A DNA stretch of 60,696 nt, counting the filler. It is 5 parts of 5 records of this genome, joined end to end, with 100 filler letters (N's around TTAATTAATTAA, not from the genome) between each part and the next. Parts side by side here need not be neighbours in the genome. Positions count along the whole stretch, not along the records: positions 1 to 25,891 come from SRR31156797_4073; positions 25,992 to 33,184 come from SRR31156797_4074; 3 more parts are not named here. One strand, given 5' to 3'. The notes beneath the pieces were generated by a model. That model saw only the letters and a program-made list of their open reading frames with translations, ran no database searches and was not told the origin of the DNA. This document shows, one piece after another, positions 19,289 through 29,984 of this stretch. Both the position numbers and the translations under genes were made by a program. Within the stretch, counting starts at the first letter, position 1. Each line of letters opens with the position of its first letter.

Positions 19289-19777
19289 TCAAAGGAGGTA
19301 GCCGATTTCGATATAAATAGCGAAAAAGCCTGCACCCATCTTAGCAAAAGTTCCGATGAATCTGCCGAATAGTACACCTTTAGCCTTTTCACGGGCACGT
19401 GGCCAGCTGGCTCCTGTTAGCTTTTCATAAAACAGCGTACCTAGGTAAGCACCAAGGAATGTACCTATCACAGCACCCAGCCCTAAAAAGAGCGGAGACA
19501 TAATTATAGCGAGTACAATTGCGGCAACCACTGACACCCAAAAGCCTTTACTGCTAACACCATATTTCTTACCGATAACAAAGCTGGAGTAAAACTCTGC
19601 CGCCTCACCAGCAGCTATTATAACAATCACAGAGATAAGAAGTTTCAGACCGATATATCCGCTAAAATACATGATCACCGGAAATATAACTGATATAAAT
19701 CCGCCCGGCATACCGAGTATGTTTGAAAGGACGGCAACAGACTGCAGCCCAATTAAAATAATTTTGATAGTTTCCAT
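19289..19777 (-). CDS. DUF456 family membrane protein
   Basis: Hydrophobic, Gly-rich; KKYGVSSKG..G..IGTFLGAYLG..E pattern. Confidence 0.75.
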   Translation of the reverse strand: METIKIILIGLQSVAVLSNILGMPGGFISVIFPVIMYFSGYIGLKLLISVIVIIAAGEAAEFYSSFVIGKKYGVSSKGFWVSVVAAIVLAIIMSPLFLGLGAVIGTFLGAYLGTLFYEKLTGASWPRAREKAKGVLFGRFIGTFAKMGAGFFAIYIEIGYLL

Positions 19778-19813
19778 ATGGCATTTTACACCTAAAAAAA
19801 CTAAAATAAAAGT

Positions 19814-20461
19814 ATGATAAATGACAGTTTTTTCAAACGTGACGCCATGCTTGTCGCTAAAGAGCTTCTCGGTAAAGTTCTCCGGAAAAGACACGGCGGT
19901 CAGATACTCTCGTCGATGATAATTGAGACTGAATGCTACTACATCAACGATAAAGGGAGCCACGCCTCACTCGGTTATACGGAAAAGCGAAGACCGCTCT
20001 TTATGGAGGGCGGAACTATTTATATGTATTATGCACGTGGCAAAGATTCATTAAACGTCAGTGCGGAGGGCGAAGGTAATGCTGTTCTCATCAAAGGCGC
20101 AATGCCGTTTATCGATGATATCAGTCCTGCTGAAACCATAGACGCTATGCACAAGCTAAACCGGAATAAGAACGGCAGTCTCCGCAAAACTGAAAGGCTC
20201 TGCTCCGGTCAGACACTAGTCTGTGCATCTATGGGGATAAAACTGACTGAATGGAGCGGCAGATACTTTATCAAAGGTGAGTTCTATATAGACGATGTCA
20301 GCTACAGCCCCGCTGAGATTATCCAGACTACAAGGCTCGGGATCCCAACCGGACGTGACGAGGACCTTCCATACAGATTCGTTGATAAAAAGTTCGCTCA
20401 CTGCGCCACATCTAATCCTCTCACCAAAAGGGTGAAAAACTATAGTATAATCAGCTTATGA
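19814..20461 (+). CDS. mpg: DNA-3-methyladenine glycosylase (MPG/AAG family)
   Basis: FF.RD..VAKELLGK, IIETECY, D.GSHA, YMY, AVLI, LCSG, TTRLGI, PYRF. Confidence 0.9.
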   Translation: MINDSFFKRDAMLVAKELLGKVLRKRHGGQILSSMIIETECYYINDKGSHASLGYTEKRRPLFMEGGTIYMYYARGKDSLNVSAEGEGNAVLIKGAMPFIDDISPAETIDAMHKLNRNKNGSLRKTERLCSGQTLVCASMGIKLTEWSGRYFIKGEFYIDDVSYSPAEIIQTTRLGIPTGRDEDLPYRFVDKKFAHCATSNPLTKRVKNYSIISL

Positions 20462-21108
20462 AAATCCCATCGTTCTTCCGCAAAAAAACTCTCGCTGATG
20501 CCGCTGATTATCTTGATAAGGGTAAAATCGACAAGGCTATCACGGTTTTGAATAATAACCTCGACGATAAAAATGCGTGCGCTATGCTCGCACATATGTA
20601 TGAACACGGTGAAGGAGTTAAAAGAAACGTCAAGACTGCACTGAGGATGTATATACGTGCTGCGAAACTCGGGTCAGCAGAAGCTAAATTTATCCTCGCT
20701 GGCTTTTGCAGCAGTGGGATCTACTTTGAAAAAAGCGCAGTCAAAGCTCTCTCGTTTTATCAGCAGGCAGCAGATGAAGGGATGGCGGAGGCTATGTATA
20801 AAACAGGACTCTACTACCTCTTCGGTCATGCCGGGAAAAAAGACATCGACAAAGCATTCATCTATTTTGAAAAGGGAGCAAAAGAAGGTCACCCCCCGTC
20901 ACAAAACAGGCTGGCGCTCTTATACGCCGGCGGACGAGGAACGCTGAAGTCAGATGAAGACGCTGTATACTGGTACCGTAAAGCTGCCGAACAGGGGCAC
21001 GGCGAGGCTATGTATAACCTAGGCTGTATGCTCAGCGGCGGACGGGGAACCAAGATGGACAATAAAGAAGCTGTCAAATGGTTCAGCCAAGTAGATAAAC
21101 ACTTATAG
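20458..21108 (+). CDS. Sel1-like repeat protein
   Basis: Repeated A..LG..Y..G.G..D..A..WY.KAA.QG motifs. Confidence 0.9.
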   Translation: MKIPSFFRKKTLADAADYLDKGKIDKAITVLNNNLDDKNACAMLAHMYEHGEGVKRNVKTALRMYIRAAKLGSAEAKFILAGFCSSGIYFEKSAVKALSFYQQAADEGMAEAMYKTGLYYLFGHAGKKDIDKAFIYFEKGAKEGHPPSQNRLALLYAGGRGTLKSDEDAVYWYRKAAEQGHGEAMYNLGCMLSGGRGTKMDNKEAVKWFSQVDKHL

Positions 21109-21119
21109 TATTTCGCTAT

Positions 21120-21341
21120 TTACAATTTAGACTTAATATCCGCTAAAAGCTTATTTTCGTCAGGAAACTTACCTGTGGCATGTTTTGAATAGATCAGCTC
21201 GCCATTCAGCTCAACCTCGAAAGCTCCACCGGAGCCCTCGGTCATTTTGACATCCTGACCAAGTTCGTTTTTGATTTTGTCCGCAACACGTGCGGCTCTA
21301 GGTTTGTAGTTTCACATCTTGCAGTATTCGATACTAATCAT
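21120..21341 (-). CDS. SelW/SelT/SelH (Rdx family) selenoprotein with CxxU motif, not in ORF track
   Basis: Translates as MISIEYCKM-U(TGA 21314-21312)-NYKPRAARVADKIKNELGQDVKMTEGSGGAFEVELNGELIYSKHATGKFPDENKLLADIKSKL*. AGAGG RBS; Rdx motifs IEYCxxU, GxFEV, SK..GxFP. Confidence 0.93.
21281..21295 (-). promoter_or_regulatory. Bacterial SECIS hairpin
   Basis: CCGCA-CGUGU-UGCGG hairpin beginning 16 nt 3' of the in-frame UGA, with G in the second loop position. Confidence 0.7.
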
Positions 21342-21414
21342 AATGAACCTCTTAAATAAATAATGGAACTGTTGTTTAGACCTAATACTACCTATTTTGA
21401 AGCACTTTAGCCAC

Positions 21415-21446
21415 AAAAAAAGGGCCGCCTCAAAAAAGCAGCCCTT
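21415..21446 (-). terminator. Intrinsic terminator of the adhesin gene
   Basis: Minus strand AAGGGCTGC..GCGGCCCT followed by a T run. Confidence 0.7.
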
Positions 21447-21470
21447 AATTATATTTAGCTAACGATAACT

Positions 21471-24400
21471 TTAGAAGCCATCGTTGTTATTGTTATCATC
21501 GAATGTGATGATCTTAGAATCAGCATCGAATGAGAAGTCTCCGCTTATTTGTACTGTGACATCAGAGCCATCATCAGCAGTTCCGGAGAACATGCCGTTA
21601 CCCTGATCAGTCCACTCGCTCATATCAACCTGATCATTCTCTCCACCAACTATCTGAAGGATGTTGTCATCATCTGTCATGTTGAAAACATTCTCTACGC
21701 TAAGGTTAGTGATACTCTGATCAATTTCGCCAGTCATCTGGAGTGACTCAATACTTCCATATTCAGCGGCGTCAGAGAAATCAATCGCTCCTCCTTCGTC
21801 GAGTATGCCGAGTATGTTGTTTCCGTCACTGTCAGCAGCTTCAAAGCCAATAGGCTTGACCGAGAAGCTCGCTTCGTCACTGTCATCAGAGTTATGCCAG
21901 TGCCCACGTCCATGACCGTGGTTTGAACTTTCATCACCGCCGTCAAAAGCGATATAACTGAAAGGCGTAGTCGATGTAAAAGTCACATTACCATCTGCAT
22001 CTGCATCAGGGAAGTCTCTGCCGTCTGCTGTGCATGAACCGTCAGAGTAGTCTATCTTATGACCGTTAGCATCATAGATGTCCCATGTGCTTCCAGCAAC
22101 TTCACCATTAACATTGAATGTTACAGAGTTAACTGATCCGCCAATGTCAAATACCATAGCTTCACTGCTGTCGATATCAAAGGAGTCACTGTCACCTGAC
22201 CAGTATTCATCGGAAGATAAAGCAGCGTAGTAACCCTCATCGTTAGTCTGAACAGATGCATGACCGCAATTATCAAAAGCGTTAGCAACAACATTGTCAA
22301 ACATATCAATAGTAGGCTGAGGAGTGTAAGCAGCGATAGATTCGTCTATCTCTATTACAGTCTGAGCCGAAGCGCACTCGCCGTCTGCGTCACTAGCAGT
22401 AACAGAGACCTGTCTTTCATCAAGGCTTGCGCTTGCAGTATCAAAAGATACTTCTTTAAGAGCGGTCTCGAAATCAGCAGTGCTGACATCACCAGTAAGA
22501 ACGACTGTCTGACCGTCATCAGAGAGCTCAGCGTTAATTCCTGGCGGCATAGTGCCCAGAACAAGAGCATCTTCCGGCTGACCGTCAACTATTGCTACTT
22601 CAACTTCTGTAATATCAACATCGTCACTAAGTACAGCGTTCACATCCGCAATAGCTACTGCTGCGCCGTCGAATGTCACTTCGTTATCTATACCGTCTGT
22701 AGCAACACCGTCAAGGTCGATAAATGGTGCCGCATTAACACTTTCGACCGCTATAGTGAGCGCCGCAGTGTTGCTGATGCTTTCGCCGTCAGAAACTGTG
22801 AAAGTAAACTCTCTGTCAGTTTCTACAGGTGTATTAGATGTATTTTCGTACATTACCGCCTGAGCAGCACCCTCGAAATTAGTAATCGCACTTTCGTTAG
22901 TAAATGTGACTACATTCCCTTCGACAGTGTAGCTGATTCCTTCTGGCAGCATATCTTCATCAACAGTGAGAACATCACCCTCCTGAGCATTTTCAAGAGT
23001 TACAGTGAGCTCAGTCATATCAGTATCATCAACGTCACTGATGCTAACATCTGTTGCCACATATATAGCACCCTCGCCTTCGGTAAATACTGCGCCTGTT
23101 GTCTCCATATCAAGCACTATGTCCTGGAAGTCTGCATCCCAGCCAGGAGCTGCGAGGTCTTCTATTTCAACGGTCTTAGTGCCGTCATCATTTTCCACTA
23201 CTCTGAAGTGGTCTGCGTTATCGTGATTCATCGCAGGGTCTTCAAAGTATACGTTATTATTAAGTGTTACGGTTTCTCCGTCATCATCGTACTGAGCTTT
23301 ATAGCTTCCGTCAGACTGCTTTTCAAAAGTGATAGTGTCGAAATCCACACCGTCTTTGTGTCCGTCTGCGATGATAAAGAACTGAAGGTCGCTTCCGTCA
23401 CCTGCGTAGGTTCCGAAGTTACCCTCAACAAACTCTTCGTGAGTCTGACCGTAATCAGTATTAGTTTCAAGAATCTTAACAAGTACCGGCTCGCCGTCTA
23501 CCATGCCGTAAAGACCGATAACATTATCATAGGCCGCTTCTTCCGAAACGAATGAGACTGTTGTTTCCAGACTCTCAACTGTTATCTCAGGTGCAACGTT
23601 ATCAGATACATCGCTTGCACCGTTGATAGTTATATTCAGATTAGCAGTTGCGTCACCTGTTCCATCAGAAACAGTGTACTCAAATACGTCTCTGAGTGTC
23701 TCGCCGTCGCCAAGTCCGTCAACATCCTCGTTTGCATTATCAAGCTCATAAGAGTATGAACCGTCAGAGTTGATTGTAAGCGTACCGTACTGACCGTCTA
23801 TAACTGTCTCACCGTCAACGTCATTTCCATCAACTTCAGTAACAGAGAGGTCGTCGCCTTCTTCATCACTGTCGTTAGAGAGAACGTTTCCAGTTGCAAC
23901 AGGGTCGCCTGCATCTTCAACAACATAATCAGCAGGGTCGTAGCTAACAGCTACTTCGCCTACAGCAACATCTGAACCGCTTCCATCCGGAATAGCTCTG
24001 AGACCTGCAACCTCATCAGGGGTCACAGTCCATGTTCCGTCACCGTTATCAGTTCCCTGATTGAGCGTTGCACCTGTTACAGAGAGAGTATAGCTGTCTA
24101 CTTCGCCGTCAGCAGGAGTGAGCGCTATGTCTACTTCGTATTCAACAGTAGCCTCAGAAATACCGCCGTACTGTATATCCTCAACATTATTGATCTGGAT
24201 ATTCTCTCCAGTATCGTTATCTCTGAGTCCTGCGCTTATCTGACCATTATTGTTAGACATCCAGCGTACTGTGTATGAGGATTCGTCTTTCCCTAGTATT
24301 ACTGTATCACTTCCGCTTCCACCGTTAATATTGAGGTTTCTATTAACATCACCGCTTATATGTATGATGTCATCTCCAGAACCGCAGTTAACGTTTGCCC

Positions 24401-25891
24401 ACCAGTTCACATCTTCGATATGAATATAGGAGTCACCTGAGTGAGTTCTGATAGAAGCGTTAGAGTTACCGGTAATATCTCCAACTTCCATAAAGTTATC
24501 ATAGTCGTCAGGGTCTGTGGAAACGTCATTACCTGTTCCGCCTGAACCTTCCACTTCAGTAAGAGTTGCTGTCGCTGTCGGAGCATCCCCTTCAGCACTT
24601 CCAGCTTCTGTTACAGAGTTAAAGTCATCAGCGGCATCAGGAGCTGCGTTTACAGGCATCTCAACATCAGCAGTTGCTGTTGCTATCTCTGATATATCCC
24701 CGTTGCCAGACTCTATAGCCTTAACAGATGCAGTAATCTCAAATCCATCCGCCTGATCAGCAGGGACATTCATAACTATATCGCCGTGATATTCTGCATC
24801 ATTAACATCTATTGTCCATGTTCCGTCTGCGTTTTTAGTGCCTACATCAAGTGTAGCACCTTCAGGAACACCGCTTATTGTGATTGAGCTGAGGCTTTCG
24901 TATGAAACCTCGCCGTTTGTATCGGTTACGTTTGCGTCGAGATCAAGTGTGTACTCTACAGTATCACCAGCTGATGTATCAGTTGTCATAATCTCAACAT
25001 TATCTATAGCCATACCGTGGTTATCATTACCTGTGCCTGTCTCTTTGAACTCAAGCTGGTTGTTTCCGTTTCCGGCTCCACCGATAAGCTCGACATCAAA
25101 AGAATCCCAGTCAGTGTTATCACCGTCTATTACAGCTACAACAGCTCCGCCCCAGATAACTGTGAGCTGACCGCTTTCATTATCACCAGCGGCAGCAGCT
25201 TTATCAGTGTAATCGAAAGTGAGTGTATAGCTTTCGCCATCCTGAACACCTTCAATAACCTGACCGATATGAGAGTTATCTAAGTCCGTGTCTGATGAGT
25301 TTGTCTCACCAAGATCCATATAATTCTCACCGTCAGTAGCTCCGATAGACATATGTCCGGCATCATGCACTTCCATACTGTCAGCACTGTCACTTATGAG
25401 TGTCCAGCCTGTCATGGAGGTCATAGCTTTATATCCGCCATCTCTTATGTCGTAATTACTAATGTTATATCCGCTCTTTGTCTGACCTGTTACATCTTCG
25501 AAGCTTCCGTTCACCACAAGGTTAGAAGCAGCCTCGCCAGCAACAAGCTCGCCCTCTGATACGCTGAGTGTAATTACCGGAGTATCAGCTACAGGATTAA
25601 CAGTCAGGTTAACAGTAGAAGTGCTTGTGTCGCCACTCGCATCTACCACAGTGTAAGTAAAGCTGTCATCTCCGCTGAAATCATCTGATGGAGAGTATGT
25701 AAATGTACCGTCAGCATTTTGAACAACAGTTCCGTTAGCCGGCTGAGTAAATGAATCAACGCTCAGCTCTCCGCCGTCAGGATTAAGGTCGTTACCAAGA
25801 ACATTAATGTTAACGTTGCCGTCCTCATCAACTGATTTAGTATCATCGACAGCTACAGGTACATCGTTCTCAGGTGTTACAGTGAGGTTAA
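21471..25891 (-). CDS. Giant acidic Ig-like repeat adhesin, T1SS-type (5' truncated at contig end)
   Basis: Frame stays open from 25649 to the contig end (PVAVDD..NVLGND..QPANGTV..DGTFTY..DSFTYTV tandem-95-type repeat). Also a VCBS-type repeat (GQYGTLTINSDGSYSY), NLVVNGSFE carbohydrate-binding-like domain, EDL..DADFQD (DUF4114-like), and a C-terminus resembling T1SS secretion signals. Confidence 0.85.
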
Positions 25892-25991
25892 NNNNNNNNN
25901 NNNNNNNNNNNNNNNNNNNNNNNNNNNNNNNNNNNTTAATTAATTAANNNNNNNNNNNNNNNNNNNNNNNNNNNNNNNNNNNNNNNNNNNN
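25892..25991. other. Artificial contig linker
   Basis: N44-TTAATTAATTAA-N44; stops in all six frames. Confidence 0.99.
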
Positions 25992-26308
25992 GAATAGATA
26001 TTGAGAGAGTGAGTGAGCCCTATAAAATTTGATATGACGATGTTTTTAGATGTTCCAAGGCTCAGAGGCAGCTTTATCTCCAATAAACTTGGATTTTTGA
26101 TTCTTCAAATTAAAATGTTTCGATAACATATCTTGTGGGTAGACGGATTTTCTTTCCAATGATGACTTCACGTTACAATGCTCAGTTTGAAATAGCTCTG
26201 CCAAGGTGGATACTTATAGACGAATTGAACGCTTTTAATTTTTATTCATGATACAGCAGAAGGCCACGATAGCGTTCTTTATCAAGGCCTTCCACTGAAT
26301 GATGTGTC

Positions 26309-28291
26309 CTAAATTTTAAACTGATCGACAGTGATTTTAAGCTTTTTGGATAAATTACTTAAATTTTCAGTGTTATTTTTAATTTGTGAGCTAGTTCCTG
26401 ACATCTCGGAAGAAGACTGGTTAAGATTAGCGATATCCTGAGCAATCTGATTAGCTACCCCCGAACTTTGCGTCACATTTTCAGTAACCTCCTGAATCCC
26501 ACTGGCTGCCTGACTTACATTTTCTGCGATCTCTTTTGTTGTCACAGACTGTTCTTCAACGGCTGCAGCTACGTTATCAATCCTCTCATTTACATCCGTG
26601 ATTGAAACCGTGATTTCTTCTATTTCAGCAACGGTCTCTTGTGTAGATCCTTGAATGTTCTCTATTTTAGTTTTAATTTCCAACGTCGCTTCTGCTGTTT
26701 GCTGTGCCAAGCTTTTAATCTCACTTGCGACAACTGCAAACCCTTTACCTGCGTCCCCTGCTCGGGCTGCTTCGATTGTGGCATTTAATGCGAGCAAGTT
26801 GGTTTGTTCCGAGATATCATTTATGGTATCAACAACTTTCCCAATCTCCTGGGCAGACTGGCTGAGAAAACTGATTTTTTCAGATGCTGTTTTTGTTCTG
26901 GATACAGTCTCATTGCTTGTCACACGTGTTTGTTCAGTGTTTTTAGCAATCTCATTGATAGTTGAGGTCATCTCTTCAGCAGCCGAAGATACCATGCTGA
27001 TATTTGTAGAAGATTGTTCCGCGGCAGCGGCAACAGACGACATCGTTGAACTCATTTCTTCAGCGGCAACAGCAACAGCACTTGAGTTGCTGGCCATCTG
27101 TTGTGCCCGTTCAGACATTTGTTCAGAAATGGTTAAGAACCCCGTTGAAGAATGATCAAGAGTATCGGCATTTTTGGAAATATCACCGATAATCCCCTGG
27201 AGTTTTTCAATAAAAGTATTGAACCAATCTACTAATGTTCCTATCTCATCTTTATTTTTAATTTCTATTCTTTTTGTTAGATCTCCTTCACCACTGGCTA
27301 TATCCTCCATATTTTCTGACACTGCATTGATTGGCCTGACAACATTTCTGTTAATGAAATAGATGATTCCCAAAATGAGAATAAAAAAGACAGCATATAG
27401 TGATCCGAAGAGTGTGAAGATGAGCTTTTTGATAACATTGACATCTTCCATAACAATATCTGACTTGATACCAAGAAAATAGAGTCCGGCTTTGGTGGCG
27501 GAAAATCCTTTGAAACTACCTTTAAAACTTAGATAGCTGTCATCCTTGAGATACTCAGCTTCAAAAATTTGCTTAAAAATGCCTGGTTGCTGAAGATATT
27601 CAAAAAAGTCTTTATCAATATCTTTTTGGTTTAAAATATAATTGGCAAGTTTAGGTTTCTTTGCCATACCTTTTGCTTTATCCAGGAAAGCATCATCCAT
27701 AAAATAGATAAAATCAATACCATAGGGCTTTAGAGTCCTTTTAATGGAATTGAGTCCCCCTTCAAAATTAGCGACACCAATAAATGTCGCCCCATCAAGA
27801 ACAGGGAAAAGTCCCTTCAATCTTATCCCTTTTGATGACATCTCCATGGCGACAAAGGATTTCTTGGTAGATTTAACAAGTGAATACCCTTTGGAATGCG
27901 TAAGTTTTTCACCAAACTTATCTGGAGCCCATGATTTGTAGAAGGAGTTCAAATCTTCATCAATCAGATGAACCTGGACGTTTTTAAACCCGGTATTTTC
28001 TTTGAAGACTTTACCAAGCTGTTTAAGTACTTTATTGGCTTTTTCACGGTCATTGTCCAGGAGGGCTTTTTTTACTTCAGAATTGTTCGCGACTTGGAGA
28101 GCATTTGTTTGCCAAATTTTCTTTTTAGCTGTCATTGCTACTTCGAAGTTCTGCCGAGCTGATTGAACAGCTTCATTTATTCTAGTTTGCTTTACATTGT
28201 TGTAATATGCAAAGGTCGCAACAAGGCTGACGCAGAAAATTATTATAAATCCAGCAATACTTATAATTAATAATTTCGCATTCAATTTCAT
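26309..28291 (-). CDS. Methyl-accepting chemotaxis protein (TM-Cache-like-TM-HAMP-MA)
   Basis: Two TM helices, [52 protein letters not shown] at 28291 with GGAGGA RBS. Confidence 0.95.
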   Translation of the reverse strand: MKLNAKLLIISIAGFIIIFCVSLVATFAYYNNVKQTRINEAVQSARQNFEVAMTAKKKIWQTNALQVANNSEVKKALLDNDREKANKVLKQLGKVFKENTGFKNVQVHLIDEDLNSFYKSWAPDKFGEKLTHSKGYSLVKSTKKSFVAMEMSSKGIRLKGLFPVLDGATFIGVANFEGGLNSIKRTLKPYGIDFIYFMDDAFLDKAKGMAKKPKLANYILNQKDIDKDFFEYLQQPGIFKQIFEAEYLKDDSYLSFKGSFKGFSATKAGLYFLGIKSDIVMEDVNVIKKLIFTLFGSLYAVFFILILGIIYFINRNVVRPINAVSENMEDIASGEGDLTKRIEIKNKDEIGTLVDWFNTFIEKLQGIIGDISKNADTLDHSSTGFLTISEQMSERAQQMASNSSAVAVAAEEMSSTMSSVAAAAEQSSTNISMVSSAAEEMTSTINEIAKNTEQTRVTSNETVSRTKTASEKISFLSQSAQEIGKVVDTINDISEQTNLLALNATIEAARAGDAGKGFAVVASEIKSLAQQTAEATLEIKTKIENIQGSTQETVAEIEEITVSITDVNERIDNVAAAVEEQSVTTKEIAENVSQAASGIQEVTENVTQSSGVANQIAQDIANLNQSSSEMSGTSSQIKNNTENLSNLSKKLKITVDQFKI

Positions 28292-28329
28292 ATTTTTTAC
28301 ATCCTCCATAATAAAAAAAAGTATATAAA

Positions 28330-28345
28330 AGCAATTAACATGCCA
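28330..28345 (-). promoter_or_regulatory. Sigma-54 promoter of the MCP gene
   Basis: Minus strand TGGCATGTTAATTGCT matches -24/-12 TGGCACGnnnnTTGCW, about 40 nt upstream of the ATG. Confidence 0.75.
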
Positions 28346-28683
28346 CCAAATAAAAAAGGCCCGCCTGCCTGATATCATGAATATTTGTTTTACATTTTTC
28401 TGGGCTTTGTTTGTCAAATAGTGCAATAAAAATAATGCAATGCAATTTTTTTATTGCACTATTTTTAATGCACTATTACGGATTATTCATATAAGATATA
28501 TCAACTAACTCAAGAATTCAGCCAGTGAACAATGATGGTATAAGTGAACAAAATCATTGTCAACCTTGATCTTGTTCAGTTGTATTCATAGTTTTCGCTT
28601 TTTGTATTTAATCCAACACCATATATTGTAGTGGTCTGGATTCAATATCCTCTGCACGCAATCAAACTTATTACATTAATAAA

Positions 28684-29919
28684 TTGAATATGGGGGGCTT
28701 CAGGTCTTTTAGGATCAAAGGATGGAAACTCTTCAATAAAGAGACAGTGAACCTCATCGTTACTGGCGATGAATTTTATGCCCGACTTGAATCTCCGGAC
28801 GGCTACACCGTCGTTTACGGCGACAAACTTGGCTTTTATTGTTACGCCACATTAGTCAACGGCCGTTTTAAGTCCACCGAAATACCTCTACATAAGCGTC
28901 CCTGTGTTGGGACAAAAAAGCACCTTCAGGAATTACCCGCTGTTAGAGCCGAAAAGTTTGAGGCATGCTATCGGCAGTTGTATCAGCGGGAACGAGTCAT
29001 CCCGGGGGCTGGTGGTATCAGTTATACCTACGGGAAAATACGGGTTGCTAGCTGGGAGAAGAGTCAGCAGCGGCGAGGTTCTGGGGTTGACCATACTCGT
29101 CGAGTTTCAGGATTTAAGGGCCTCCATTACATCCGATCATGTAGATGCCTTACTCAACGCCAATAACTACCGCGTCAATGGTAACTATTGTTCAGTAAAT
29201 GAATATTTTCAGAGACTATCCAATGGGAAACTCAATTACCGAAATCGCGTCGTTGGTCCTATTCGTTTGAGGAATAAACGACGCTACTATGAAACAACAC
29301 TATTAACGAGAGAGGCCCTTCGCGCCGCCATGATGAATATAACCTGGATCTTTCACAATTCGATAGCCGTGGTGATACCGACGATCTCTATGAGAGCGTT
29401 TCAGATGTTGCGATTTCCAATGAAACGCTACCCTCCAGTCGGGCATGGGATGGTTCCGACACGGGTCTTATTGTTCACAATATCTCAAAAGCAGGCGCCA
29501 CAATGCGCTTTAGTACTGGCACTATGCCTGATGATTCAATCGAGGGAATCGTCACTGGGCAAAGGCAGCCCGACCTCTTAATCCCGGACAATGACCCCCA
29601 AGGTATTAAGCGGGATATTCATGTTGCAGAAGCCGGCGTGCTCAAAGACATCGAAGTCATACTCGATATCTCCCACACCTTTATTCGTGATCTCCGTGTC
29701 GAATTGGTGGCACCTACGGGCCATAGCGTCTTTCTACATGATCGCGAAGGAGGCGGATCAAGCGACATTAAACGCAGCTATGACAGAACCAATCATCCCG
29801 ATCTGGAGACCCTGTTGCAGTTAGCCATTCAGGGAGACTGGTTACTCCACATCAAAGACCTTGAAGGCTGGGATGAAGGTCGATTAAATGCTTGGTCTGT
29901 TAAATTAACCTATAGCTGA
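28684..29919 (+). pseudogene. M6-family (immune inhibitor A-like) metalloprotease with C-terminal P-proprotein domain; frameshifted and internally deleted
   Basis: Pieces in successive frames: GDEFYARLESPDGYTVV / GLTILVEFQD..SVNEYFQRLSNGKLNY / DLSQFDSRGDTDDLY..WDGSDTGL..P-domain (ISHTFIRDLRVELVAP..GDWLLHIKD..GRLNAW). No HExxH remains. Confidence 0.75.
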
Positions 29920-29984
29920 TCGGCAGGGAATCGAAGACGTTTTAGTTATCTTGCCTTGCACCATAAGGTCGTGAAGAAAGTTCT

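Noticed and set aside
22260-23555. 431-aa plus-strand ORF opposite the adhesin
   Set aside because: Antisense shadow of a strongly codon-biased gene; no recognisable motifs.
25936-25947. TTAATTAATTAA repeated four times in the window
   Set aside because: Always embedded in N runs of fixed length; an artificial linker, not a biological repeat.
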